Source: a candidate division TA06 bacterium (lineage in GTDB: Bacteria; Hydrothermota; DG-26; E44-bin18). Taken from it: a stretch of DNA of 64,000 nucleotides. Where the stretch lies: contig SOJN01000148.1 in assembly GCA_004376575.1 (NCBI GenBank), positions 2 to 64,001 on the forward strand, read 5' to 3'. This document shows positions 1-10,243 of this stretch, piece after piece; position 1 is the stretch's first letter, and each line of letters begins with the position of its first letter. Made by a program: the position numbers and the translations under genes. The notes under the pieces are model-generated. The model had not been told where the DNA came from and did no database searches. It was given only the letters and a program-made list of their open reading frames with translations.

Positions 1-68
1 TCGTGTGCGGAAGACTTTTTGCCTTGACAAGGTGCCTTTTAATGGGTGCTTCGTCACCCTTCGATGAA

Positions 69-118
69 CTCGGGAGGCCGTGAAACGCCCGCTCGTAAAA
101 CGAGCCGGGCGGGCAGGC
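69..118 (+). repeat. Palindromic repeat family A, copy 1
   Basis: ctcgggaggccgtgaaacgcccgctcgtaaaacgagccgggcgggcaggc; 48/50 identical to 21561-21610; inner hairpin GCTCGT-AAA-ACGAGC. Confidence 0.9.
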
Positions 119-170
119 AATATCTTCGACAGTTCGGAGTTTGTAGTTTTGGGGAGTTCTCCAGGGGTTA

Positions 171-199
171 TTGACATGGCATTTTGTTTTTGTTAGTAT
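171..199 (+). promoter_or_regulatory. sigma70-type promoter of the dehydratase/CoA-ligase operon
   Basis: TTGACA(171-176)-17 nt-TAGTAT(194-199), 45 nt upstream of ATG 245. Confidence 0.7.
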
Positions 200-244
200 C
201 CATGTCTATCCGCAATTCACTAGGCTAATAAAGGGAAGGTAGAA

Positions 245-1489
245 ATGGCCGAAGAGACTAAAGTGAAAAGAAAAAGGATCGCAGCGACAGGGATGATGAA
301 AAAGATCATGGCAGACTATTTCTACGAGATGGACAAGGCTGTCAAAGCTGGAGCCCCGAAGGTCGCGTGGTGCACGAGCGTGGGGCCTGCCGAGCTCCTC
401 CGGGCAATGGGTTTCCTCGTCCACTTTCCAGAAAACCACGGGGCAATGCTTGGAGCAACAAGGACAGCCAACGATTACATACCACTGGCAAACGCAATCG
501 GCTATTCTCCTGATATATGTTCTTATCTTACCAGTGATGTTGGGGCTTATCTGAAGGGAGAAACACCTCTTTCTAAAGCATATCCTGGCATAGAAAACGT
601 GCCCAAGCCGGATGTTCTTGTCTTCAACACCAACCAATGCAGGGATGTACAGGACTGGTTTGGCTGGTATTCAAGGGAGTTCAAAGTCCCCATCATGGGA
701 ATCAATACTCATAGAGGAGTAAGGGAAGTCACCAAGTCCCACATCGACAGTGTGGCGAGGCAGATAGCTTCTCTGGTCCCGGGGCTCGAAGAGATATCAG
801 GAAACAAATTCGACCTGGAAAGACTTCAAGAAACTGTGGATCTCTCTCTTGAATGCAGCCAACTCTGGCGCCAGGTTCTGGAAACGGCTGCCAACATCCC
901 ATCTCCATTCACATTCTTCGACGGAACCATCCACATGGGTCCAGCAGTAGTACTGAGGGGAACAAAGACAGCTGTGGACTACTACAAGGCCCTTCTTGCA
1001 GAGCTGAATGACAGAGTCGATAAGGGAGTCGCGGCTGTGGAAGGTGAAAGGTACAGGCTTTACTGGGAGGGGATGCCGATCTGGGGTAGGCTGCGAGACC
1101 TCTCGGAGTTTTTCGCTCATCTGAAGGCCTCTGTGCTTGCATCCACCTACTGCAACTCCTGGATATTCGATGCATTTGACCCAAAGGAACCCTTCGGAAG
1201 CATGGCCAAAGCATACACACTCCTCTTCATTGTCCGCTCTGACGAAGAGAAAGAGAAGTACATAGAGGATATGGTCACGAAATTCAAGCTCGACGGCATA
1301 GTATTTCACGACTCCAAGACGTGTCCCAATAACACAAATAGTAGATATGGAATGCCGGAGAGGCTGCGGGAGAGTCTGGATGTCAACACTGTTACCATCT
1401 TTGGAGATCTGAACGACCTCCGCTGCTACTCGGAGGAACAATCAAAGACAAACATTGAAGCCTTCATCGAACAACTGGAGAGGAAATAA
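245..1489 (+). CDS. 2-hydroxyacyl-CoA dehydratase family subunit (HgdAB/FldBC/BcrBC-like, Fe-S)
   Basis: VAWCTSVGPAELL, FPENHGA, GYSPDICSY, NQCRDVQDWF, DGIVFHDSKTC, EEQSKTNIEAFIE motifs; adjacent activase. Confidence 0.85.
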   Translation: MAEETKVKRKRIAATGMMKKIMADYFYEMDKAVKAGAPKVAWCTSVGPAELLRAMGFLVHFPENHGAMLGATRTANDYIPLANAIGYSPDICSYLTSDVGAYLKGETPLSKAYPGIENVPKPDVLVFNTNQCRDVQDWFGWYSREFKVPIMGINTHRGVREVTKSHIDSVARQIASLVPGLEEISGNKFDLERLQETVDLSLECSQLWRQVLETAANIPSPFTFFDGTIHMGPAVVLRGTKTAVDYYKALLAELNDRVDKGVAAVEGERYRLYWEGMPIWGRLRDLSEFFAHLKASVLASTYCNSWIFDAFDPKEPFGSMAKAYTLLFIVRSDEEKEKYIEDMVTKFKLDGIVFHDSKTCPNNTNSRYGMPERLRESLDVNTVTIFGDLNDLRCYSEEQSKTNIEAFIEQLERK

Positions 1490-2259
1490 TGGTCCTGGGA
1501 ATCGATGTAGGAGCCTCCGCAACAAAAGGAATTCTTCTCAATCAGGACCGGCAGGTTGTGTCCTTCTATGTAAGAGATTCAGGCGTAGACTTCAAACAAG
1601 CAGCGGAAGATACCCGCATGAACTGTATGAGTACTGCGGGAATAGCTGAGGATGATATCAAATACACTATTGCCAGTGGGTATGGGAGAAGGAGTGTCTC
1701 TTTTGCAGACGATATCAAAACCGAAATATCCTGCCACGCCAGAGGAGGTTACTTCCACCATCCCAAAGCCTGTACAATCGTTGATATTGGGGGCCAGGAC
1801 AGCAAAGTCATCAGAGTAGACGATGCAGGTAAGCCCATTTCCTTCAAGATGAACAGAAAGTGCGCGGCGGGCACAGGCGCATTCCTGGTGGAGACTGCTG
1901 CCAGGCTCTCAATTCACCTTGAGCAAATGGAAGGCCTCGCACGGGGAGCCCAGAAAGAGATAGAACTGGGATCATTCTGCACTGTCTTCACCAAGACAGA
2001 GATACTGGCCAGGATCTCTGAAGGAGCTTGCGCAGAAGACATAGCAAGAGGAGTATTTGGTTCGGTCATCAAGAGAATCATAGAGATGGATCCACTGACA
2101 GGAGATGTGGTGATGACCGGTGGAGTCATCGCACACAATCCTTTTCTTGGAGAGATGTTTGAGAAAAAACTGAACAGGAAACTGTTCGTCCCCGAAAAGC
2201 CGCAGTTTGCTGGAGCCCTTGGCGCAGCACTTTTCGCTCTTGAACAATCCGGAGGCTGA
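1489..2259 (+). CDS. Acyl-CoA dehydratase activase (ASKHA ATPase, HgdC/BadF-G/BcrA-D family)
   Basis: LGIDVGAS, SGYGR, TEISCHARG, DIGGQDSK, MNRKCAAGTG, FCTVF, MTGGV. Confidence 0.9.
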   Translation: MVLGIDVGASATKGILLNQDRQVVSFYVRDSGVDFKQAAEDTRMNCMSTAGIAEDDIKYTIASGYGRRSVSFADDIKTEISCHARGGYFHHPKACTIVDIGGQDSKVIRVDDAGKPISFKMNRKCAAGTGAFLVETAARLSIHLEQMEGLARGAQKEIELGSFCTVFTKTEILARISEGACAEDIARGVFGSVIKRIIEMDPLTGDVVMTGGVIAHNPFLGEMFEKKLNRKLFVPEKPQFAGALGAALFALEQSGG

Positions 2260-2261
2260 GT

Positions 2262-4352
2262 ATGCTCGACTACCTCTTCAAACCAAAATCGGTTGCTGTC
2301 ATCGGTGCATCGAACAGAAAACTGACCATCGGCTACAGGATACTCCAGAATCTTTCAGAATCGGGATACAAGGGGCAGGTGTATCCTGTCCATCCCAAGG
2401 AAGATAAGATTAGAAACCTCAAGGCTTACAGGTCCGTACTTGATGTTCCGGCTGAACTCGATGTCGCGCACATAGTCGTGAAAAGTTCTCTTGTGCAGAC
2501 AGTGCTGGAAGAGTGCTGCAAGAAGAAGGTTAGATCAGTAATCATCAATACAGCAGGCTTCAGCGAGGTCGGTGAAGAGGGGAAAGAACTGGAGAGTAAG
2601 ATAGTGGACATAGCCCGAAAAGGGAATGTTCGCGTCTTCGGCCCGAACTGCCAGGGAATCATGAATTCTGACCCGGATGTGAGGGCTTACTGCAACTTCA
2701 CCTTCACAAGGATGAATCCGGGGACAATATCCATTGTCGCCCAGAGCGGTGGGGTTGGCGAGGTCATAAACCAAAGGCTCTACTCACTTGGTGAAGGGTT
2801 CAGGATGTATGCATCGACAGGAAATGCAGCAGACATAAGCATTCCCGAGATAATGAACTACTGGGCGAATGATGATGGAACAAAAGTGATAATAGTCCAC
2901 GTAGAAAGCCTTGCGGATCCAAAGAAATTTATGGATATAGCAGCTGAGGTCGCAAGGAAGAAGCCTGTACTGGGAATGAAAACCGGAAGGACGGTCGAGG
3001 GTGCCAAAGCCGTCGTCTCGCACACTGGAAGGCTTATGGGGGAAGGAATGCCCATAGAGCTGATGTTTGAGAGATGCGGAATTGTCAGTTTCCGTGACCA
3101 GGATGAGCTGTGCCAGGCGGCAATTGCGTTTGCAAAGCAGCCTCTTCCGGAGGGAAACAGAGTTGCCATTGTTACCAATTCCGGTGGACCTGGAATTATA
3201 GCCACTGATGGATGCATTGAGGCCGGGCTGGAGCTTCCTACGTTGTCGCACGATACGCAGACTACACTTAAGGAGAATCTTTTCCCGGAGGCCACTGTAA
3301 GCAACCCTGTAGATGTTCTCGCTACGGCAACACCGGAGCACTATGGGCTCACCCTCAGAGAACTGATAAGAGATTCCAAGGTGGACTCAATACTGGTCAA
3401 TTTTATCACACCTTTCTTTGTAGATTGCGAGGGTGTCGCACGCGAAATAGTGAAGGCCTCTGAGAAGAGAGAGAAACCCGTCATTGCCGTGATAATGACA
3501 GACAGAGAACAACAAGCAGAGACCTTACGAATCATCAGAAAAGGAAACATACCCACATACGACTTCGCTGAGATGGCCACAAAAACACTGCGGGCCATGG
3601 TGAGAATGTCTGATTATCATCAGAGAGCCAAGGAACCCTTTGAGCCATTTGGAGACGTAGACAAAAATGCTGCCCGTTCGCTGGTAACAACTGCCCTGAA
3701 AGAAAAGACAAACATACTTGGTGCGGAGCAGTGTGTGCAAATTCTCGATTTCTACCGGATACCACAGGCACCAGCACTGGTGGGAGCAAATTTGCACCAG
3801 TGTCTTTCGGCTGCAAGAGAGATTGGTTTCCCCGTTGCCCTGAAGGTCGATTCTGTGGACGTGATTCACAAAACCGAGGTCGGCGGCCTTTCTTTGAACA
3901 TTGCCAATGAACAATGTCTGAAAAAAGAGTTTAATAATCTCCGCGGCAAATTCAGGAACTATAGTCCGCAATATCTTGTCCAGAAGTACCTGACAGGCGG
4001 AATAGAGGTGATTGCAGGGGCCAAAACAGTAGACGGCGTCGGCCACGTCGTAATGTTCGGCCTGGGTGGTGTCCTTGTGGAGGTCATGAAGGACGTAGTA
4101 TTCCAGTTCGCACCACTCAATAGAACTGGAGCCCAAAGGATGATCAAATCTACAAAGGGTTATCCTGTTCTTAGAGGTTTCAGAGGCCGGGAAGGTGCAA
4201 ACACAGAAAGGCTCATAGAGATATTGATGAGAGTGTCACAGCTCGTGACTGAAGTTCCAGAGATAGCCGAGCTCGATTTGAATCCCATAATCGCGTACAA
4301 AGACCCTTCCAGGACAGTCGCGGTAGACGTGCGGATCAAGATCTCTGGCTGA
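2262..4352 (+). CDS. ADP-forming acyl-CoA synthetase, fused alpha/beta (acetate--CoA ligase family)
   Basis: PKSVAVIGAS CoA-binding start, GPNCQG, SHTG phospho-His, NPVD, C-terminal ATP-grasp with HKTEVGG and ELDLNP. Confidence 0.9.
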   Translation: MLDYLFKPKSVAVIGASNRKLTIGYRILQNLSESGYKGQVYPVHPKEDKIRNLKAYRSVLDVPAELDVAHIVVKSSLVQTVLEECCKKKVRSVIINTAGFSEVGEEGKELESKIVDIARKGNVRVFGPNCQGIMNSDPDVRAYCNFTFTRMNPGTISIVAQSGGVGEVINQRLYSLGEGFRMYASTGNAADISIPEIMNYWANDDGTKVIIVHVESLADPKKFMDIAAEVARKKPVLGMKTGRTVEGAKAVVSHTGRLMGEGMPIELMFERCGIVSFRDQDELCQAAIAFAKQPLPEGNRVAIVTNSGGPGIIATDGCIEAGLELPTLSHDTQTTLKENLFPEATVSNPVDVLATATPEHYGLTLRELIRDSKVDSILVNFITPFFVDCEGVAREIVKASEKREKPVIAVIMTDREQQAETLRIIRKGNIPTYDFAEMATKTLRAMVRMSDYHQRAKEPFEPFGDVDKNAARSLVTTALKEKTNILGAEQCVQILDFYRIPQAPALVGANLHQCLSAAREIGFPVALKVDSVDVIHKTEVGGLSLNIANEQCLKKEFNNLRGKFRNYSPQYLVQKYLTGGIEVIAGAKTVDGVGHVVMFGLGGVLVEVMKDVVFQFAPLNRTGAQRMIKSTKGYPVLRGFRGREGANTERLIEILMRVSQLVTEVPEIAELDLNPIIAYKDPSRTVAVDVRIKISG

Positions 4353-4384
4353 GAACCTACAGAAACCCTCTGGAGGATTTGGCA

Positions 4385-5950
4385 ATGGGTGTACCCTGGC
4401 TCAATCTAGGCGAGATCCTCGTAGTGAATTCCAAAAAGTACAGAAACAAGCTGGCCCTCAAGGAAAGAGACAGAGCGTTCACGTTCGGGGAGCTGAACGT
4501 GAGGACCAACCAGCTCGCCAATGCATTGGTTTCAATGGGATTGAAAAAGGGCGAAAAGGTGTCATGCCTTCTGGAGAACTCCATCGAAATTGTCGAACTC
4601 TATCTTGCCGCTGCCAAAACGGGAATGGTGCTGAATCCTATCAACTTCAGACTGTCCCCTAACGATGTGGAATACATAGTGGGCGACTCTGACGCAAAGG
4701 CGATAGTAGCACACGAGGAGTTCACCCCCTGTATCGATGAGATCAGGGGGAATCTTCCAAACGTAAGAAACTTCGTCTCGGTAGGAGAAGAAACCCCTCC
4801 GGGATACGTAAACTACGAATCTCTGCTGGCTGAGTCCTCAGATGATGAGCCCAGGGCAAAGGTCAATCCTGAGGACAACTGGGTACTCCTCTACACCTCC
4901 GGGACTACAGGGAAGCCCAAGGGTGTTGTCCGTTCACACGAGTCCTATGTTGCGTTCTATTTGATAAATGCAATAGATTTCGGTTTCAGTGAACATGACG
5001 TCTGTCTTAACATAATGCCCCTATCCCACGTCAATTCTACCTTTTTCTCTTTCACCTTTACATACATCGGCGGAAGCCTCTATATCCATCCAGCCAGCCA
5101 TTTTGACCCTGTTGAAATCCTGGAAATCATCCAGAGAGAAAAGATAACCTTCATATCTCTGATACCTACTCATTACAATCTCATTCTTAATGTGCCAGAA
5201 GAAGAGAGAAGGGAATACGATGTCAGTTCTATCAAGAAACTTCTTTGTTCCTCGGCTCCTGCCCGGAAAGAAATGAAGAAAGCAGTGATGGAGATGTTCA
5301 AGGGGGTGGAGCTGTACGAAGGATATGGATCCACTGAAGCAGGCATAGTCACAGTTCTCAAGCCTTATGAACAGATGACAAAACTCGGTTCGATTGGCAG
5401 AGAGTCGTGCGGTACGAGTATGATCAAGATTCTTGATGAGCAAGGCAACCCCGTTCCAGTGGGACAGGTCGGAGAACTTTACTCCAGGGGTCCAATGCTA
5501 TTCGACAAATACCACAAACTTCCAGAAAAGACTGAAGAATCTTTCAGAGAAGGCTGGTTCACAGCAGGTGACATGGCAAAAGAAGATGAGGAAGGATACT
5601 TCTATATCGTCGATAGAAAAGACAACCTGGTAATCACGGGCGGGGAGCATGTCTATCCATCCGAGGTTGAGGAAGTGGTTGCGCGCCATCCGGCCGTTTT
5701 TGACGTGGCTGTAATCGGAGTTCCACACGAAAAATGGGGAGAAGCTGTCAAGGCAGTCGTAATCCTCAAGCATGGAAAGATGGCGACTGAACAGGAGATA
5801 ATAAAGTTCTGTGTTGGAAAGATGGCCTCCTTTAAGAAACCGAAATCTGTCACATTTATTGAGCCAGAGGAAATGCCCAGAACCGGTACAGGAAAGATAC
5901 TCCATCGGGAGTTGCGCAGGCGTTTCACAAAGAACAAGAATCAAGCGTGA
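4385..5950 (+). CDS. AMP-forming acyl/aryl-CoA ligase
   Basis: YTSGTTGKPKG, YGSTE, GD-DRK, PRTGTGKI; GGAGG RBS before ATG 4385. Confidence 0.9.
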   Translation: MGVPWLNLGEILVVNSKKYRNKLALKERDRAFTFGELNVRTNQLANALVSMGLKKGEKVSCLLENSIEIVELYLAAAKTGMVLNPINFRLSPNDVEYIVGDSDAKAIVAHEEFTPCIDEIRGNLPNVRNFVSVGEETPPGYVNYESLLAESSDDEPRAKVNPEDNWVLLYTSGTTGKPKGVVRSHESYVAFYLINAIDFGFSEHDVCLNIMPLSHVNSTFFSFTFTYIGGSLYIHPASHFDPVEILEIIQREKITFISLIPTHYNLILNVPEEERREYDVSSIKKLLCSSAPARKEMKKAVMEMFKGVELYEGYGSTEAGIVTVLKPYEQMTKLGSIGRESCGTSMIKILDEQGNPVPVGQVGELYSRGPMLFDKYHKLPEKTEESFREGWFTAGDMAKEDEEGYFYIVDRKDNLVITGGEHVYPSEVEEVVARHPAVFDVAVIGVPHEKWGEAVKAVVILKHGKMATEQEIIKFCVGKMASFKKPKSVTFIEPEEMPRTGTGKILHRELRRRFTKNKNQA

Positions 5951-7554
5951 AGCATCACAGATCTGCCCCTTCTGCCCACCGTTCTGTCCCTTCCGACCGG
6001 CCGTGGTTTCGACACTGGCCCAGCGGTGCACCCAAACACATCGATTATCCGCAAAAGCCCCTCCCATTTCTTTTGGAGGACACGGCAAGAAGAAGCCCTG
6101 ACAGCATCGCCTTCAGTTCCGGCACAGATTCAATAGCCTTCTCAAAACTTTCGCAGAAATCGGACGCATTCGCCTCCGGGCTTCATTCAATCAACATACG
6201 CAAGGGCGACCGTGTACTTCTTCTTCTACCAAATATTATTGAGTTCGTTATCAGCTTCTATGGGACGCTTAAATCAGGTGCAGCCGTCGTGTCGCTTCAT
6301 CACCTTGTAAGGGAGGCTGAACTTTCAAAAGCCCTTGAAGAGAGTGAACCAAAGGCAGCAGTCATCCTGAGCAGCCTCTCCCCCGCTGAACGTGAGGTTC
6401 TGAATAAGTCCAGGGTGAGAGTCATAGAAGTTGGTGAACTGGCTGCAAGCAAATCGATCAGTTTTGGTCAATTCGTCTCGAAACGGAGAGCGTACCCACA
6501 CGTATCTGTTAGCGCTGATGACCCTGCCGTAATTCAATACACGGGCGCTACAACCGGCGCACCAAAACCAGCAGTCATGTCACATTTCAACCTTCTCGCC
6601 AATGCAGTGCAAAATGCAACCTGGTTTGGGTGGGATGAGAATGAAAAGGTTCTGGGAATTCTGCCGCTTTGCCATACATGGGGATGCTCGTGCTGTATGA
6701 ATTCCCCAATATACACAGGAGCAAAAACCATTTTTGTGGGAAGATTTGATCCTGAGGTTGTTCTCCAGACCATCGAAGCTGAACATGCAACCGTTCTCTA
6801 CGGATCAGCGACTATGTTCTCAGTGTTGTTGAATAGCCCCGGGATTGAAAGGTTCAACCTTTCCAGTCTCAAATGGGTGAAGGCAGGAGCCATGCCAATT
6901 CCTGTTGAACTCAAAAGGAAGTGGGATGAGAAGACAGGAATACCGCTGGTGCTAGGGTATGGCCTGACTGAGGCTTCCCCTGAGACCCACGACAGTCCTC
7001 CAAACAGAATCAGAGAGGGGACGATCGGAATTCCAATCATAGATACGGACGCGAAGATAGTCGATCTGGAGACGGAAAATGAATTAGAGCCCGGGAAACC
7101 AGGTGAACTGCTGATTCGAGGGCCTCAGGTTACAGAGCTTGGATACCTGAACGATGAGGAAGAGACAGAACGTGCACTCCGAGGAGGCTGGCTTCATACC
7201 GGAGACATAGGAATAATGGACGCGGAAGGTTATTTTACCCTTGTGGACAGGAAGAAGGACATAATCAAATACAAAGGCTACACCATATATCCTGTAGAAC
7301 TGGAAGATCTGCTCTATGGACACCCCGCAGTAAGAGAGTGCGCCGTGGTCGCAAAGAAACACTCTGAGTTTGGGGAGGTCCCCAAGGCATTCATCGTGTG
7401 CAAAGAGGATTCAGCGTTAACGGAAGAAGACGTAATTGAATTCTGTGAGAAGAGAGTTGCTCCATACAAAAAGATAAGAGAAGTCGAGTTTATTGAGTGT
7501 TTGCCCAAGACGCCGGTGGGCAAAGTTTTGAGAAGAAAGCTGAGAGACAAATGA
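5947..7554 (+). CDS. AMP-forming long-chain-fatty-acid--CoA ligase family protein
   Basis: QYTGATTGAPK (variant P-loop), GYGLTE, WLHTGD, DRKKD, LPKTPVGKV; start uncertain. Confidence 0.85.
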   Translation: MKHHRSAPSAHRSVPSDRPWFRHWPSGAPKHIDYPQKPLPFLLEDTARRSPDSIAFSSGTDSIAFSKLSQKSDAFASGLHSINIRKGDRVLLLLPNIIEFVISFYGTLKSGAAVVSLHHLVREAELSKALEESEPKAAVILSSLSPAEREVLNKSRVRVIEVGELAASKSISFGQFVSKRRAYPHVSVSADDPAVIQYTGATTGAPKPAVMSHFNLLANAVQNATWFGWDENEKVLGILPLCHTWGCSCCMNSPIYTGAKTIFVGRFDPEVVLQTIEAEHATVLYGSATMFSVLLNSPGIERFNLSSLKWVKAGAMPIPVELKRKWDEKTGIPLVLGYGLTEASPETHDSPPNRIREGTIGIPIIDTDAKIVDLETENELEPGKPGELLIRGPQVTELGYLNDEEETERALRGGWLHTGDIGIMDAEGYFTLVDRKKDIIKYKGYTIYPVELEDLLYGHPAVRECAVVAKKHSEFGEVPKAFIVCKEDSALTEEDVIEFCEKRVAPYKKIREVEFIECLPKTPVGKVLRRKLRDK

Positions 7555-7653
7555 TGAATCACAAACTACGAATTACTAATTGCAAAAGTGTAAGAGGATC
7601 GATTTACGAATCCCGTCGCGTTTTTCGGCGTGGGGGTTTCCTTCCTTTCCCTC

Positions 7654-7682
7654 TTGACAACATTTTTGTGTCAAGTTATGAT
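7654..7682 (+). promoter_or_regulatory. sigma70 promoter of the oah operon with overlapping inverted repeat
   Basis: TTGACA(7654)-17 nt-TATGAT(7677); CTTGACA-N9-TGTCAAG dyad at 7653-7675. Confidence 0.75.
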
Positions 7683-7772
7683 AACAGTCCGCTCTCTTTA
7701 TCTTCGATGGTTTCCCTAAGTGTTTGGTGCTGTTGGCTTTAAGCCGCCAAACTAAAGCACAGGAGGAAGAAA

Positions 7773-8912
7773 ATGTCACTTGATTGGCTGCCCAGGGACG
7801 ATGAAGTGAAGAACCACGCGCTTTGGGGCAAAGAACATTTCGGCACAGAGCCCCCCTGCGTGATTTATGAAAAGAGACCTGTCATAGATTCAGATGGAAA
7901 TGAAGTCAAAGGGCTCTATTCTGCATGGGTCATTCTGAACAATCCTAAACAGTACAACTCATACACTACTGAAATGGTCAAGGGAGTGATAGCAGGTTTC
8001 CAAAACGCCTCACTCGATAGGAGCGTTGTCTCTGTGGTCTTCACCGCCGTGGGTGATAGAGCATTCTGCACTGGCGGAAACACCAAAGAGTATGCTGAAT
8101 ACTACAGCAAACGGCCCAATGAATACGGGGAGTACATGGACCTGTTCAACCAGATGGTGGATGCTATCCTCATGTGCAAGAAGCCTACCATATGCCGGGT
8201 GAATGGGATGAGAATTGCTGGTGGCCAGGAGATAGGAATGGCCTGTGACATAGCCATTGCGGCTGACACTGCAACCTTCGGGCAGGCGGGACCGAGACAT
8301 GGGTCTGCCCCTGACGGGGGCTCAAGCGACTTCCTTCCGTGGTACTTGAGCATAGAAGACGCACTGTGGAACTGCGTATCATGCGAGATATGGAGTGCGT
8401 ACAAGATGAAAAGGCTTGGTCTCATTACCAGAGTGGTCCCTGTCATAAAGGACGGAGAAAAGTGGATAAGAAACCCGATGGTAATCACAGGCAAATACGT
8501 GGAGGACGGGGAAATCGTTTATGGAGAGCTGGTTAAAGGAGAAGAACTGAAGAAAGCAAAGGAATTCTTGAAGGGAGGCAAGAAAGATTTTGGACTCCTG
8601 GACGCGGCAGTTAATGAAGTCATCTGGAAATTTGTCAACCTGATGCCTGGATGTCTGATAAAATCAATAGATGGTGTCCGAATGAAGAAGAAATTCTTCT
8701 GGGACGTGGCCAAACTGGCAAACAGACACTGGCTTGCAGCAAACATGTCCACGGAAGCGTTCCTTGGTTTCCACGCGTTCAATACTAAGAAGATAACCGG
8801 CAAAGACGTGATTGACTTTGTGAAGTATCGTCAGTTGATTGCCGAGGGACACGTGTTCGATGATTCACTTGCTGAGGAGGTATTCGGGAAGCCGAAACCA
8901 GAAGCTGAGTGA
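7773..8912 (+). CDS. oah: 6-oxocyclohex-1-ene-1-carbonyl-CoA hydrolase (Oah/BamA/BzdY)
   Basis: Crotonase fold with Oah signatures LNNPKQYNSYTT, AFCTGGNTKEYAEYY, GQAGPRHGSAPDGG; AGGAGG RBS. Confidence 0.93.
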   Translation: MSLDWLPRDDEVKNHALWGKEHFGTEPPCVIYEKRPVIDSDGNEVKGLYSAWVILNNPKQYNSYTTEMVKGVIAGFQNASLDRSVVSVVFTAVGDRAFCTGGNTKEYAEYYSKRPNEYGEYMDLFNQMVDAILMCKKPTICRVNGMRIAGGQEIGMACDIAIAADTATFGQAGPRHGSAPDGGSSDFLPWYLSIEDALWNCVSCEIWSAYKMKRLGLITRVVPVIKDGEKWIRNPMVITGKYVEDGEIVYGELVKGEELKKAKEFLKGGKKDFGLLDAAVNEVIWKFVNLMPGCLIKSIDGVRMKKKFFWDVAKLANRHWLAANMSTEAFLGFHAFNTKKITGKDVIDFVKYRQLIAEGHVFDDSLAEEVFGKPKPEAE

Positions 8913-8974
8913 GAACGACTCTCACAAAACCTTCATCCAAACAACCCCAGATTGGGAAAGGAGTAATCGAGGAA

Positions 8975-10219
8975 ATGAAGAAAAAGGAAATCTTCTGGAT
9001 TCCCAAGAAAATCGACGGCGGCGGTCCCGCCCTCATGAAGAAGATGAAGAAGAAGATTGTCTTTCTTTCCGCCACGCGCACACCCTTTGGAGAGGTGAAT
9101 GGCTCCCTGAAGACGTTCACTCCTATTGAGCTGGGGGCGCTGGCAGCGAGAAGCGCCATTGAAAAAGCGGGACTGAAGGGACGTGAACATCTGATAGATG
9201 AATCAATCTTCGGGAACGCCCAACACACAAGCATCGACTCGCACTACGGTGGAAGACACGTTGCCCTCCGCGCGGGTCTACCTTATGATAAGCCCGGACT
9301 CACGGTCAATCGGATATGTTTCTCAGGCGGAGAGGCTGTCATACAGGGTGCAAAACAGATTATTCTTGGCGAAGCAGAAATCGTTCTTGCTGGGGGGTAT
9401 GAAAGCAGCAGTCAGGCACCCAGTCTGCAATATGGCGCCTCACTGGGCTTCCCGTACATGGCCGGGGCAAGAGTATACCACTTGTTCAAAGACGGTCTTC
9501 AGGATACATACATTAACATGGATATGATGGCGACTGCTGAGAGATTAGCAAAGCTGTATGGCGTGACGCGAAAAGATGCTGATGAATTCGCCTACTCTTC
9601 CCAGATGAAAGCGAAGGACGCAATAGAGAAAGGGAGACTGGCCAAAGAGATAACGCCCGTGGTCATAAAGACCAGGAGGGGCGAGCATGTCGTCTCAGAA
9701 GATGGACACACAAGGCCCGAAGTCACGCTCAAAACACTCGCCGGGCTCAGGAATGTGAAGCCCGGGGGAATTCAGACTGCCGGCAACTCAAGCGGAATCG
9801 TTGATGGCGGCGCTGCCATAATAGTTGCCTCGAGTGAAAAGGCAAAGAAACTGGGGCTCCAACCGATAGGCGAGATTATCTCCTGGGGGACTGCGGCTGT
9901 TGATCCATATTACATGGGTATCGGTCCGGTGCCATCAAGCACAATTGCTCTGAAACGTGCAGGCATGACCTGGAAGAATATTGACCATATAGAGATCAAT
10001 GAGGCATTTGCCGGCCAGTATCTGGCCGTAGAGCGTGAACTGAAATTGGACAGAGGCAAGGTGAACCTGAATGGCGGTGCGATTGCACTTGGCCATCCGC
10101 TTGGAGCAACCGGCACCAGACTCATTACTGCACTTATAACACTTGGGGGCGTCGGCCTGGCATCTGCATGCATAGGTGGCGGCCAGGGCGGAGCAATGAT
10201 TCTGAAAAGTTACCTCTAG
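8975..10219 (+). CDS. Acetyl-CoA C-acyltransferase (thiolase)
   Basis: RTPFG, VNRIC, TAGNSSGIVDG, EINEAF, GHPLGATG, CIGGGQG; start 8975 chosen for RBS (ORF opens at 8909). Confidence 0.9.
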   Translation: MKKKEIFWIPKKIDGGGPALMKKMKKKIVFLSATRTPFGEVNGSLKTFTPIELGALAARSAIEKAGLKGREHLIDESIFGNAQHTSIDSHYGGRHVALRAGLPYDKPGLTVNRICFSGGEAVIQGAKQIILGEAEIVLAGGYESSSQAPSLQYGASLGFPYMAGARVYHLFKDGLQDTYINMDMMATAERLAKLYGVTRKDADEFAYSSQMKAKDAIEKGRLAKEITPVVIKTRRGEHVVSEDGHTRPEVTLKTLAGLRNVKPGGIQTAGNSSGIVDGGAAIIVASSEKAKKLGLQPIGEIISWGTAAVDPYYMGIGPVPSSTIALKRAGMTWKNIDHIEINEAFAGQYLAVERELKLDRGKVNLNGGAIALGHPLGATGTRLITALITLGGVGLASACIGGGQGGAMILKSYL

Positions 10220-10243
10220 CGCCCGTTGAAAGGAGCACTAAAG

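Noticed and set aside
57..118. Hammerhead ribozyme suggested by gatga...gaaac
   Set aside because: No CUGANGA core and the stems do not fit.
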